Below are positions 7,577 through 16,249 of a stretch of 32,000 bases of DNA, one piece after another (the stretch's first letter is position 1; the number at the start of each line of letters is the position of its first letter). A model generated the notes under the pieces. The model ran no database searches and had not been told where the DNA came from. It was given only the letters and a program-made list of their open reading frames with translations. The stretch is from Alkalilimnicola ehrlichii MLHE-1. GTDB lineage: Bacteria > Pseudomonadota > Gammaproteobacteria > Nitrococcales > Halorhodospiraceae. The position numbers were made by a program, and so were the translations under genes. The DNA lies in contig NC_008340.1 in assembly GCF_000014785.1 (NCBI RefSeq), positions 1,110,001-1,142,000 of the forward strand. The letters run 5' to 3'.

Positions 7577-9697
7577 ATGAACGCCACCCTGATGGACAAT
7601 CTGCGCAGTGTCGGCCCGCTGGGCCTGGGTACGCCCCTGCTGGTGGTGGCCCTGCTGATGATGCTGGTGGTGCCGCTGCCGCCCATCGGGCTGGATCTGC
7701 TGTTCACCTTCAACATCGTGCTCTCGCTGTCCATCCTGCTGGTCACTGTCTACGCCATGCGGCCGCTGGACTTCGCGGTCTTCCCCACCATCCTGCTCAT
7801 CGCCACCCTGCTGCGCCTGGCGCTGAACGTGGCCTCCACCCGGATCATCCTGCTCGACGGCCATACCGGTACCGCAGCCGCCGGGCGGGTGATCGAGTCC
7901 TTCGGCGAGTTCGTCATCGGTGGCAACTACGCCGTCGGCCTGGTGGTCTTCACCATCCTGATCATCATCAACTTCGTGGTGGTCACCAAGGGGGCCGGCC
8001 GGGTGGCCGAGGTCTCCGCCCGCTTTACCCTGGATGCGCTGCCTGGCAAGCAGATGGCCATCGACGCCGATCTGAACGCCGGCATTATCGACCAGAAGCA
8101 GGCCAAGGAGCGGCGCGAGGAGGTGGCCCGCGAGGCCGACTTCTACGGCTCCATGGATGGCGCGAGCAAGTTCGTCCGCGGCGATGCCATCGCCGGCATC
8201 CTGATCCTGGTCATCAATCTGGTCGGCGGGCTGTCCATCGGCATGCTGCAGCACGACATGATCTTTGGCGATGCCGTGCGCAACTATTCGCTGCTAACCA
8301 TCGGCGACGGACTGGTGGCGCAGATCCCCTCGCTGGTGCTCTCCACCGCCACCGCCATCATCGTCACCCGGGTAGCGGACAGCCAGAAGATGAGCGACGC
8401 GGTCACCGGGCAACTGTTCAGCAACCCGCGGGTGCTCTGGGTGGTGGGCGGTGTCATCTTCTTCCTGGGGCTGATCCCGGGCATGCCGCTGTTGCCCTTC
8501 GCCTTTTTCGGCACCGTCTGCCTCACCGCCGCCTACCTGATTACCCAGCGCCAGAAGGAGGTCGCCGAGGCCGAGGCGCAGGCCGGTGCCAAGGCCAGCG
8601 GTGAGCAGGCCGAGGCCAAGTCGCCGGAGCAGCGCGAGCTCAGCTGGGACGACGTACCGCCGGTGGACGTGGTGGGCCTGGAGGTGGGTTACGGCCTGAT
8701 CCCGATGGTGGACCGCAACCAGGGCGGCCAGTTGCTCACCCGGATCAAGGGGGTGCGCAAGAAGCTCTCGCAGGACCTCGGCTTTCTCATCCAGCCGGTG
8801 CACATCCGCGACAACCTGGACCTGGGCCCCAACACCTACCGGATCTCCATCAAGGGGGTGCCGGTGGCCGAGGCAGAGGTGCAGCCCGGGCGCGAACTGG
8901 CCATCAACCCCGGCAGCGTTCAGGGCCAGGTCAAGGGCATCCCCACCAAGGACCCGGCCTTCGGCCTGGAGGCGGTCTGGATCGAGCCCTCGCAGCGGGA
9001 TTACGCCCAGACCCTCGGCTACACGGTGGTGGACACCAGCACGGTGATCGCCACCCACCTGTCGCAACTGGTGCAGCAGAACGCCCACCGCCTGCTGGGG
9101 CACGAGGAGGTGCAGAAGCTGCTGGATATCCTCGCCCAGAGCCAGCCCAAGCTGGTGGAGGAGGTGGTGCCCAACACCCTGCCGTTGTCGGTGGTGGTGA
9201 AGGTGCTGCAGAACCTGCTGGAGGAGCGCATCCCGGTGCGCGACATGCGCAGCATTGTCGAGATCCTGGCCGAGTACGGGGCGCGCAGCAAGGACCCGGC
9301 CCAGCTCACCCAGGCGGCGCGCGAGGCACTGGGCCGCCAGATCGTGCAGAACATCGCCGGCATGACCCGGGAGCTGCCGGTGATGACCCTGGATCCGCAA
9401 CTGGAACAGATGTTGCTAAATGCAATACAGGGCGGCGGGGAAACGTCGGGCGGCTTCGAGCCGGGCCTGGCCGAGCGCCTCCAGCAGTCGTTGGCGGACA
9501 CCACCCGCAAGCAGGAGATGGCGGGTCAGCCGGCGGTCCTGCTCACCTCGCCGCAACTGAGGAGTTGGCTGCAGCGGCTTATCCGCCACAGCGTGCCCAG
9601 CCTGCACGTGCTCTCGTACAACGAGATCCCGGATGACCGCCAGGTTCGCATCGTAGCCACCGTAGGCCAGCAACAGCAGGTCGGCGGCGGCCAATAA
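7577..9697 (+). CDS. flhA: Flagellar export gate protein FlhA.
   Basis: 706 aa. The FHIPEP signature region is VTKGAGRVAEVSARFTLDALPGKQMAIDADLNAG, followed by a cytoplasmic C-terminal domain. Confidence 0.98.
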   Translation: MNATLMDNLRSVGPLGLGTPLLVVALLMMLVVPLPPIGLDLLFTFNIVLSLSILLVTVYAMRPLDFAVFPTILLIATLLRLALNVASTRIILLDGHTGTAAAGRVIESFGEFVIGGNYAVGLVVFTILIIINFVVVTKGAGRVAEVSARFTLDALPGKQMAIDADLNAGIIDQKQAKERREEVAREADFYGSMDGASKFVRGDAIAGILILVINLVGGLSIGMLQHDMIFGDAVRNYSLLTIGDGLVAQIPSLVLSTATAIIVTRVADSQKMSDAVTGQLFSNPRVLWVVGGVIFFLGLIPGMPLLPFAFFGTVCLTAAYLITQRQKEVAEAEAQAGAKASGEQAEAKSPEQRELSWDDVPPVDVVGLEVGYGLIPMVDRNQGGQLLTRIKGVRKKLSQDLGFLIQPVHIRDNLDLGPNTYRISIKGVPVAEAEVQPGRELAINPGSVQGQVKGIPTKDPAFGLEAVWIEPSQRDYAQTLGYTVVDTSTVIATHLSQLVQQNAHRLLGHEEVQKLLDILAQSQPKLVEEVVPNTLPLSVVVKVLQNLLEERIPVRDMRSIVEILAEYGARSKDPAQLTQAAREALGRQIVQNIAGMTRELPVMTLDPQLEQMLLNAIQGGGETSGGFEPGLAERLQQSLADTTRKQEMAGQPAVLLTSPQLRSWLQRLIRHSVPSLHVLSYNEIPDDRQVRIVATVGQQQQVGGGQ

Positions 9698-9715
9698 AGG
9701 ACAAGAGGGCAGGCG

Positions 9716-11116
9716 ATGAAGATCCAGCGCATATTCGCCGAGGACATGCGGCAGGCCATCCGTAAGGTGCGCGAGGAGCACGGCCCCGAGGCCGTGATCC
9801 TCTCCACCAAGCCGGTTGAGGGTGGGGTGGAGGTGATCTCCGCCATCGACTACGACGAGCGGGCCGTGCAGCAGGCGGCGGGTGGCGCCGGCGAGCGGGG
9901 GGCGGGGCGTCCCGGCGGTTTGCCGCTGGGGGCCATCGGCGAGAACCGCCACCGCCGTCAGACGACCGCGGAGGCGGCCGCCGCTGGCGGGGCGTCCCGG
10001 CGGCAGGTGGACATCACCGTGGGCGACGATGACGACGGGGAGGCCCTGTTCGCCGATCTCCAGGCCGCCCATGAGCAGTCCAGTCGCGAGGCGGCGGCGC
10101 AGCAACCGGCGGCGGGGGAACGGCCTGTGCGGCGCCGGGGCCGAGGGGCTGAGACCGCGCCCCGGGTGGAGTGGGCCCAGGACCCGGCCATGAATGAGAT
10201 GCGCGAGGAGCTGCGCCAGTTGCGCGGGTTGTTCGAGAGTCAGCTCAGCCTGATGGAGTGGGGCCGGATGGGGCAGCGGCACCCGGCCCGGGCCGGGCTG
10301 CTCAAGCGCCTGGCCGATATGGGGATGGGCAGTGACGTGGCCCGCCGCCTGGCCGACCACATCCCCGCCGAGGCGGAACCGGGCGAGGCCTGGGCCCGTG
10401 CCCTGGCGATCATCGAGCGCAACCTGCAGGTGGCCGAGGACGACATCCTGGAGCAGGGCGGGGTGATGGCCCTGGTGGGGCCCACCGGGGTGGGCAAGAC
10501 CACCACCGTGGCCAAGCTGGCGGCGCGCTTTGCCCTTAAGCACGGCCGCGATCAGGTGGCCCTGGTCTCCACCGATACCTTCCGCATCGGCGCCCAGGAC
10601 CAGTTGCGCAATTTCGCCAGCATCCTGCAAGTGCCGGTCTACAACGCCGCCAGCGGCGAGGAGCTGGCCGGGGTATTGGAGAATCTCGATGACAAGCGGT
10701 TGGTGCTGGTGGACACGGCGGGCATGAGCCAGCGTGACGTGCGCCTTGCCGAGCAGTTCACGGCCCTGCGCGAGAGCAGTCGGCGACTGCGCACCTGCCT
10801 GGTCCTGTCGGCGGCGACCCAGTTGAGCACGCTGACCGAATCCATGCGCGCCTTCGCGGTGGCGGAGCCGCAGGGCTGCATCTTCACCAAACTGGATGAG
10901 GCCACCAGCCTGGGCGGGCTGCTCACCGTGGCCCTGCGTAGCCGGCTGCCCATCGCCTGGCTGGGGACCGGACAACGGGTGCCGGAAGACCTTGAGGTTG
11001 CCAGGGGTGATAGACTAGCCGAACTAGCTAGTACCTTGGTGGAGGAGTGCCACCAGGAAGTGGACGAGGAGGCCCTGGCGCTGAGCCTGGGCGGTTCAAG
11101 GCATGCAGGCGAGTAA
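9716..11116 (+). CDS. flhF: Flagellar SRP-type GTPase FlhF.
   Basis: The N-terminus is MKIQRIFAEDMRQAIRKVREEHGPEAVILS. A basic, low-complexity B domain follows. The NG domain carries GPTGVGKTTTVAKLAA and LVDTAGMSQRD. Confidence 0.95.
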   Translation: MKIQRIFAEDMRQAIRKVREEHGPEAVILSTKPVEGGVEVISAIDYDERAVQQAAGGAGERGAGRPGGLPLGAIGENRHRRQTTAEAAAAGGASRRQVDITVGDDDDGEALFADLQAAHEQSSREAAAQQPAAGERPVRRRGRGAETAPRVEWAQDPAMNEMREELRQLRGLFESQLSLMEWGRMGQRHPARAGLLKRLADMGMGSDVARRLADHIPAEAEPGEAWARALAIIERNLQVAEDDILEQGGVMALVGPTGVGKTTTVAKLAARFALKHGRDQVALVSTDTFRIGAQDQLRNFASILQVPVYNAASGEELAGVLENLDDKRLVLVDTAGMSQRDVRLAEQFTALRESSRRLRTCLVLSAATQLSTLTESMRAFAVAEPQGCIFTKLDEATSLGGLLTVALRSRLPIAWLGTGQRVPEDLEVARGDRLAELASTLVEECHQEVDEEALALSLGGSRHAGE

Positions 11117-11984
11117 CACGGATTCCGATCAGGCAGCAGGACTGAGACGCATGGCTAATCCCAGACCGGTCAAGGTCATTGCCGTAACCAGCGGCAAGGG
11201 CGGTGTCGGCAAGACCAACGTGTCCGTCAACCTGGCGGCGGCACTCAGTGCGCAGAAGCAGCGCGTCATGCTCATGGACGCGGACCTGGGGCTTGCCAAC
11301 GTGGATGTGATGCTCGGTCTGTCGCCGCGAAAGAACCTCTCCCACGTCATTGACGGCACGGCCAGCCTGGAGGAGGTGCTGCTCCAGGCGCCCGGGGACT
11401 TCACCATCGTGCCGGCCTCGTCGGGCACCCAGCGCATGGCCGAACTCACCCCCGCGGAGCATGCCGGGCTGATCCGCAGCTTCAGCGAGCTCAATCACGA
11501 GCTGGACTACCTGCTGGTGGATACCGCCGCCGGCATCTCCGACGGTGTCATGAGCTTCGCCAAGGCCTCGCGCGAGGTCCTGGTGGTGGTCTGTGACGAG
11601 CCCTCCTCCATCACCGATGCCTACGCCCTGATCAAGGTGCTCAACCGCGACCACGGGGTGGAGCGCTTTCACATGGTGGCCAACCGGGTGCGTTCCCCCG
11701 AGGAGGGCCGGCAGTTGTTCCGCAAGCTCTCCGCCGCCACCGACCGGTTCCTGGACCTGGCCATCGACTACGTGGGCATGGTCCCCGAGGACGACTGCCT
11801 GCGCCGTGCGGTGCAGAAGCAGCAGCCGGTGGTGACCAGTTACCCGGGCAGCCCGGCCGCGCGGGCCTTCAAGGACATGGCCATGCGGGTGCGTAAGTGG
11901 CCCTCGCCGGCGCATCTGGCCGGCACCCTGGAGTTCTTCGTGGAGCGCCTGGTGCAACACAGCACCGGGGAGGTGTCCTCATGA
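11103..11984 (+). CDS. flhG: MinD/ParA-type flagellar number regulator FlhG (FleN).
   Basis: The deviant Walker A is VTSGKGGVGKTN. The N-terminal DQAAGLR matches the DQAxxLR FlhF-activating motif, which supports the 11103 start (14-nt overlap with flhF) over the internal ATG at 11151. The C-terminus has an amphipathic helix, LEFFVERLVQH. Confidence 0.92.
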   Translation: MQASNTDSDQAAGLRRMANPRPVKVIAVTSGKGGVGKTNVSVNLAAALSAQKQRVMLMDADLGLANVDVMLGLSPRKNLSHVIDGTASLEEVLLQAPGDFTIVPASSGTQRMAELTPAEHAGLIRSFSELNHELDYLLVDTAAGISDGVMSFAKASREVLVVVCDEPSSITDAYALIKVLNRDHGVERFHMVANRVRSPEEGRQLFRKLSAATDRFLDLAIDYVGMVPEDDCLRRAVQKQQPVVTSYPGSPAARAFKDMAMRVRKWPSPAHLAGTLEFFVERLVQHSTGEVSS

Positions 11985-12709
11985 ACGGACATGCCATGTA
12001 CGCCGAGGTGGCGGCTCAGCACGACAACGATCTGCTGGTGCAGCACGCCTCGCTGGTCAAACGCATCGCTCACCACTTGGCCGGCCGTTTGCCGCCCAGT
12101 GTGCAATTGGACGATTTGATCCAGGCCGGCATGGTGGGCCTGCTGGAGGCGGCGCGGCAGTTCGACCCCGGTCAGGGGGCCAGCTTTCAGACCTACGCCG
12201 GTATCCGGATCCGCGGCGCGATGCTGGACGAGATCCGGCGGCTGGACTGGACCCCGCGCTCGGTACACCGCAAGGGCCGCTCGGTGGCCGAGGCCATCCG
12301 GGCCGTGGAGCATCGGACCGGGCGAGATGCCCGCGACCACGAGGTGGCCCAGGAGCTGGGCATCACCCTCGATGAGTACCACCAGATCCTGCAGGATGTC
12401 TCCACATCCCGCATCTTCAGCATCGACCAGGAGGATCCGGCCACCGGCGAGCCCCATCAGTTGCCCGGGGATCATCCGGAGCCGTTCGCCGAGATCACGG
12501 ACGAGGGCTTCCAGAGGGCACTGGCCGAGGCCATCCGCCGGCTGCCCGAACGGGAGCAGCTCATCATGGCCCTGTACTACGACGAGGAACTCAACCTGCG
12601 CGAGATCGGCGAGGTGTTGAATGTCACCGAGTCACGCGTCAGCCAGATCCACGGTCGGATTGTGGTCAAGCTGCGAGAGGCGTTAAAGGAATGGCTCGGC
12701 CGGAGCTGA
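11981..12709 (+). CDS. fliA: Flagellar sigma factor FliA (sigma-28).
   Basis: Sigma-70 family regions 2-4 are present: DLIQAGMVGLLEAARQFDP, WTPRSV, and the HTH LNLREIGEVLNVTESRVSQIH. I chose the start MNGHAMYAEV at 11981 (ATGA overlap with the flhG stop) rather than the track start at 11897. Confidence 0.93.
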   Translation: MNGHAMYAEVAAQHDNDLLVQHASLVKRIAHHLAGRLPPSVQLDDLIQAGMVGLLEAARQFDPGQGASFQTYAGIRIRGAMLDEIRRLDWTPRSVHRKGRSVAEAIRAVEHRTGRDARDHEVAQELGITLDEYHQILQDVSTSRIFSIDQEDPATGEPHQLPGDHPEPFAEITDEGFQRALAEAIRRLPEREQLIMALYYDEELNLREIGEVLNVTESRVSQIHGRIVVKLREALKEWLGRS

Positions 12710-12760
12710 GCCGTGCCGAACACCACTGGGCCGGATGCAATTAGGGGGATAGCCATAGCC

Positions 12761-13156
12761 ATGAACAAGAATATGAAGATCCTCATCGTGGACGATTTCT
12801 CGACGATGAGGCGGATCATCAAGAACCTGCTGCGCGACCTGGGCTTCAACAACACGGTGGAGGCGGACGACGGCAAGACGGCGTTGCCCATCCTCAAGCG
12901 CGGCGGCATCGATTTCCTGGTCACCGACTGGAACATGCCGGGCATGAGCGGCCTGGACCTGCTCAAGGAGGTGCGCGCCGACCCGGAGCTCAAGGACCTG
13001 CCGGTGCTCATGGTCACCGCCGAGGCCAAACGGGACCAGATCATCGCGGCGGCCCAGGCCGGGGTCAACGGCTATATCGTCAAGCCCTTCACCGCGGTCA
13101 CCCTGAGGGAGAAGATCGAGAAGATCTTCGAGCGGATCGACGCCGGGGGGGCCTGA
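12761..13156 (+). CDS. cheY: Chemotaxis response regulator CheY.
   Basis: [31 protein letters not shown]...[13 protein letters not shown]...[27 protein letters not shown] is collinear with E. coli CheY as I remember it. I chose the ATG at 12761 because the upstream track start at 12713 adds 16 non-homologous residues. Confidence 0.95.
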   Translation: MNKNMKILIVDDFSTMRRIIKNLLRDLGFNNTVEADDGKTALPILKRGGIDFLVTDWNMPGMSGLDLLKEVRADPELKDLPVLMVTAEAKRDQIIAAAQAGVNGYIVKPFTAVTLREKIEKIFERIDAGGA

Positions 13157-13160
13157 ATCC

Positions 13161-13922
13161 ATGGGGCGTGAACAGGACGACACCCTGGCGCAGTACCGGG
13201 AGGCCGCCGAGCGCCTGCTGGCCGCCGTGGAGCAGGGCGATGCCCAAACCGCTGACGCCATCGTCGACGAGTTGACCCACCTGCGCGAGACTGAGCTCTT
13301 CCAGCAGCTGGGGCAGCTCACCCGCGATCTGCACGAGGCCATCAAGTCCTTCAAGCTGGACACCCGGCTGTCGGACATCGCGGCCAACGACATCCCCGAT
13401 GCCCGCGAGCGCCTGAACTACGTCATCACCATGACCGAGCAGGCCGCGCACCGGACGCTGGGCATTATCGAGGAGGCCATGCCGCTCACCGATACGCTGC
13501 GCGACCAGTCCGCCGAGCTGGCCGAGCGCTGGCGCGCCTTTCGCCGCCGTGAGCTCTCCGCCGACGAGTTCCGTACCCTGTCGCGGGATATCGACGGCTT
13601 CCTGGGACGCACCCGGCTCTCCGCCTCCGACCTGCACAGCAAGCTCTCCGAGGCGCTGATGGCCCAGGACTACCAGGACATCACCGGCCAGATTATCCGC
13701 CGGGTCATCGGACTGGTGGAGGAGGTCGAGGAGAACCTGGTGCAGATGGTCGCCCTGTCCGGCAAGGCCCGGGGTGAAGAAACCCGCCGGGCTGCCGATA
13801 AGCCCCGGGAGAGCAAGGAGACCGACATGCGGGGCGAGGGGCCGCAGATGCCCGGCAAGGGCGAGGACGTGGTCAAGGGCCAGGACGACGTGGACGACCT
13901 GCTGTCCAGCCTCGGCTTCTGA
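13161..13922 (+). CDS. cheZ: CheY-P phosphatase CheZ.
   Basis: The active-site region is MAQDYQDITGQIIRRV. The acidic C-terminal CheY-binding peptide is DDVDDLLSSLGF. The gene lies between cheY and cheA. Confidence 0.9.
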   Translation: MGREQDDTLAQYREAAERLLAAVEQGDAQTADAIVDELTHLRETELFQQLGQLTRDLHEAIKSFKLDTRLSDIAANDIPDARERLNYVITMTEQAAHRTLGIIEEAMPLTDTLRDQSAELAERWRAFRRRELSADEFRTLSRDIDGFLGRTRLSASDLHSKLSEALMAQDYQDITGQIIRRVIGLVEEVEENLVQMVALSGKARGEETRRAADKPRESKETDMRGEGPQMPGKGEDVVKGQDDVDDLLSSLGF

Positions 13923-13991
13923 GCCGTACGCCGCACCGCCCGCCGGCGGGCGCCGGCCGCTCCGCCACCGCATCACAATCAGGGGGCAGGC

Positions 13992-16196
13992 ATGGGGATC
14001 GACATCGAAGACGACATCGTCCAGGACTTCCTGGTGGAGTCCCGGGAAATCCTGGACAACCTCGGTGAACAGCTGGTGGATCTGGAGCAGCGGCCTGACG
14101 ACAAGGACCTGCTCAATGCCGTCTTCCGCGGTTTCCATACCATCAAGGGCGGCGCCGGCTTTCTCAACCTGGACCCGCTGGTGGACGTCTGCCACCGCAC
14201 CGAGGATGTCTTCAACCTGCTGCGCAACGGCGAGCGCACGGTGACCCCGGAGCTGATGGACACCGTGCTGCAGGCGCTGGATGTGGTGGTCAATCAGTTC
14301 AATAGCATCGAGAACGGAGAGGACCCGCAGCCGGCCGCACCGGAGCTGTTACGCGACCTTGAGGCCCTGAATATCACCGACGAGCAGCGCCTGGGCACCG
14401 ACGGTGATGAGGCAGCGTCGACGGCCACCCCCGCCGGCGATGAACCCGCCGCGGCCGGTGAGCCGGAGGGCGACATCAGCGATCGGGAGTTCGAGGCCCT
14501 GCTGGATGCCCTGGAGGAGGAAAAGGGCGAGGGCGACGCTGCGCCGGCGGAGGTCCGGGCGCCGGCGCAAGGCGCCGCCGGCGGTGATGAGATCTCCGAC
14601 GAGGAGTTCGAGGCACTGCTCGACGAGTTGCACGGCAAGGGCCGGCACGCCGGGGTACCGGAGAAGGCGCTGCCCGAGGATGCCGGCGCGACCGCACCGG
14701 CGGATCAGAGCCTGGCGGCCGGTGACGACAGGATCAGCGAGGACGAGTTCGAGGCCCTGCTGGATGACCTGCACGGCAAGGGCGGGGCGCCCGGCAAGCC
14801 GGCCGACGAGGGCGGGCAGCCGGCGCCACCCGCCGGCGCCAGCGCGCCGGGGCAGGCCACCAAACCGGCCGGGCCGCCGCGGACGCAGGCCAGCGCCAAG
14901 CCGGCCGCCAAGCCAGCGCCGGGCGGCGGGGGCACCGGCCAGGGTGGGGGTAATGGCGGAAATGGCCCCGGGAGCGGCGGTGCGGGCAAGGCGCCGGCGC
15001 CCAAGCCCGAGGCCACCGTGCGCGTGGACACCGCCAAGCTGGACGACATCATGAACCTGGTGGGCGAACTGGTGCTGGTGCGCAACCGCCTGGCCACGCT
15101 GCGGGGCGTGTTGGGCGACGAACGCATGGGGCAGGCGGTCTCTGACCTGGAGTTGGTCACCTCCGATCTGCAGACGGCGGTGATGAAGACCCGCATGCAG
15201 CCGATCAAGAAGGTCTTCGGACGCTTCCCGCGGGTGATCCGTGACCTGGCCCGCGGGATGCACAAGGAGATCAAGCTGGAGATGCGCGGCGAGGACACCG
15301 ACCTGGACAAGAACATGGTGGAGGCGCTCGCCGACCCCATGGTCCACCTGGTGCGCAACGCCGTCGACCACGGCATCGAGTCGCCGGAGGAGCGTGAGGC
15401 CGCCGGTAAGCCGCGCACCGGCACGGTGTTGCTGGGTGCCGAGCAGGAGGGGGACCACATCCTGCTCACCATCGCCGATGACGGCCGCGGCATGGATGCC
15501 GAGAAGCTGCGCAATATCGCCGTGGAGAAAGGGGTGATGGATCGGGAGTCGGCCAACCGGCTGGACGAGAAGGAGTGCTACAACCTGATCTTCGCCGCCG
15601 GGTTCTCCACCAAGGAGGAGATCTCCGACGTCTCCGGCCGGGGCGTCGGCATGGACGTGGTCAAGAACAGCATCTCGCGGCTCAACGGCACCGTGGACAT
15701 CGACTCCGAGCTGGGTGTCGGCACCACCATGAAGATCCAGTTGCCGCTGACCCTGGCCATTTTGCCCACGCTGATGGTCAAGGTGGGGGGGCGGAAGTTT
15801 GCGTTGCCCATGTCGGTGGTGCGCGAGATCTTCGAGCTCAACCACAAGCGGACCAATGTGGTGAACGGGCGGCTGGTGGTGATGGTGCGCAACAAGGCCA
15901 TGCCGCTCTTCTTCCTGGAGCGCTGGTTGCAGCAGATGGGTGAGGGCACTGTGCGCAGCATGCGGGAGGCCGGTACCGAGGACGAGCGCCAGGTGGTCAC
16001 CGTGATCCTGGGCAACCAGGCCGTGGGCTTTGTGGTGGACGAGGTCATCGGGCTCGAGGAGGTGGTGATCAAACCGCTGGGGGCCATGCTGCAGGGGCTG
16101 CCGGGCCTGGCCGGATCCACAATCACCGGTGACGGCAAGATTGCGCTCATCGTGGATATCCCCAGCCTGGTGAAGGCCTACGGCGCCCGCCTGTAG
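13992..16196 (+). CDS. cheA: Chemotaxis histidine kinase CheA, with no recognisable P2 domain.
   Basis: The Hpt domain has FRGFHTIKGGAG (His49). Other motifs are the dimerisation domain ATVRVDTAKLDDIMNLVGELV, the N box HLVRNAVDHGIE, G1 DDGRGMD, the F box IFAAGFST and G2 GRGVGMDVV, followed by a C-terminal CheW-like P5 domain. Confidence 0.97.
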   Translation: MGIDIEDDIVQDFLVESREILDNLGEQLVDLEQRPDDKDLLNAVFRGFHTIKGGAGFLNLDPLVDVCHRTEDVFNLLRNGERTVTPELMDTVLQALDVVVNQFNSIENGEDPQPAAPELLRDLEALNITDEQRLGTDGDEAASTATPAGDEPAAAGEPEGDISDREFEALLDALEEEKGEGDAAPAEVRAPAQGAAGGDEISDEEFEALLDELHGKGRHAGVPEKALPEDAGATAPADQSLAAGDDRISEDEFEALLDDLHGKGGAPGKPADEGGQPAPPAGASAPGQATKPAGPPRTQASAKPAAKPAPGGGGTGQGGGNGGNGPGSGGAGKAPAPKPEATVRVDTAKLDDIMNLVGELVLVRNRLATLRGVLGDERMGQAVSDLELVTSDLQTAVMKTRMQPIKKVFGRFPRVIRDLARGMHKEIKLEMRGEDTDLDKNMVEALADPMVHLVRNAVDHGIESPEEREAAGKPRTGTVLLGAEQEGDHILLTIADDGRGMDAEKLRNIAVEKGVMDRESANRLDEKECYNLIFAAGFSTKEEISDVSGRGVGMDVVKNSISRLNGTVDIDSELGVGTTMKIQLPLTLAILPTLMVKVGGRKFALPMSVVREIFELNHKRTNVVNGRLVVMVRNKAMPLFFLERWLQQMGEGTVRSMREAGTEDERQVVTVILGNQAVGFVVDEVIGLEEVVIKPLGAMLQGLPGLAGSTITGDGKIALIVDIPSLVKAYGARL
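14472..14777 (+). repeat. Three dispersed imperfect intragenic repeats in cheA encoding [DER]-I-S-x-x-E-F-E-A-L-L-D-x-L.
   Basis: The copies start at 14472 (DISDREFEALLDALEE), 14589 (EISDEEFEALLDELHG) and 14730 (RISEDEFEALLDDLHG). The core gagttcgaggcVctgctSgaY recurs at the nucleotide level. Confidence 0.9.
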
Positions 16197-16249
16197 GCCG
16201 GGGCTGCTCCCTGGCCCGGTGTTTCACGGACAGAAAGAGGAGGTAGTGG

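Noticed and set aside
13937-13952. A perfect 16-bp GC palindrome (cgcccgccggcgggcg) between cheZ and cheA, and a weaker hairpin after cheW (19757-19775).
   Set aside because: Both are short stems without U-tracts inside an operon. Such GC palindromes are common by chance at this composition. There is not enough evidence to call either a terminator or an operator.
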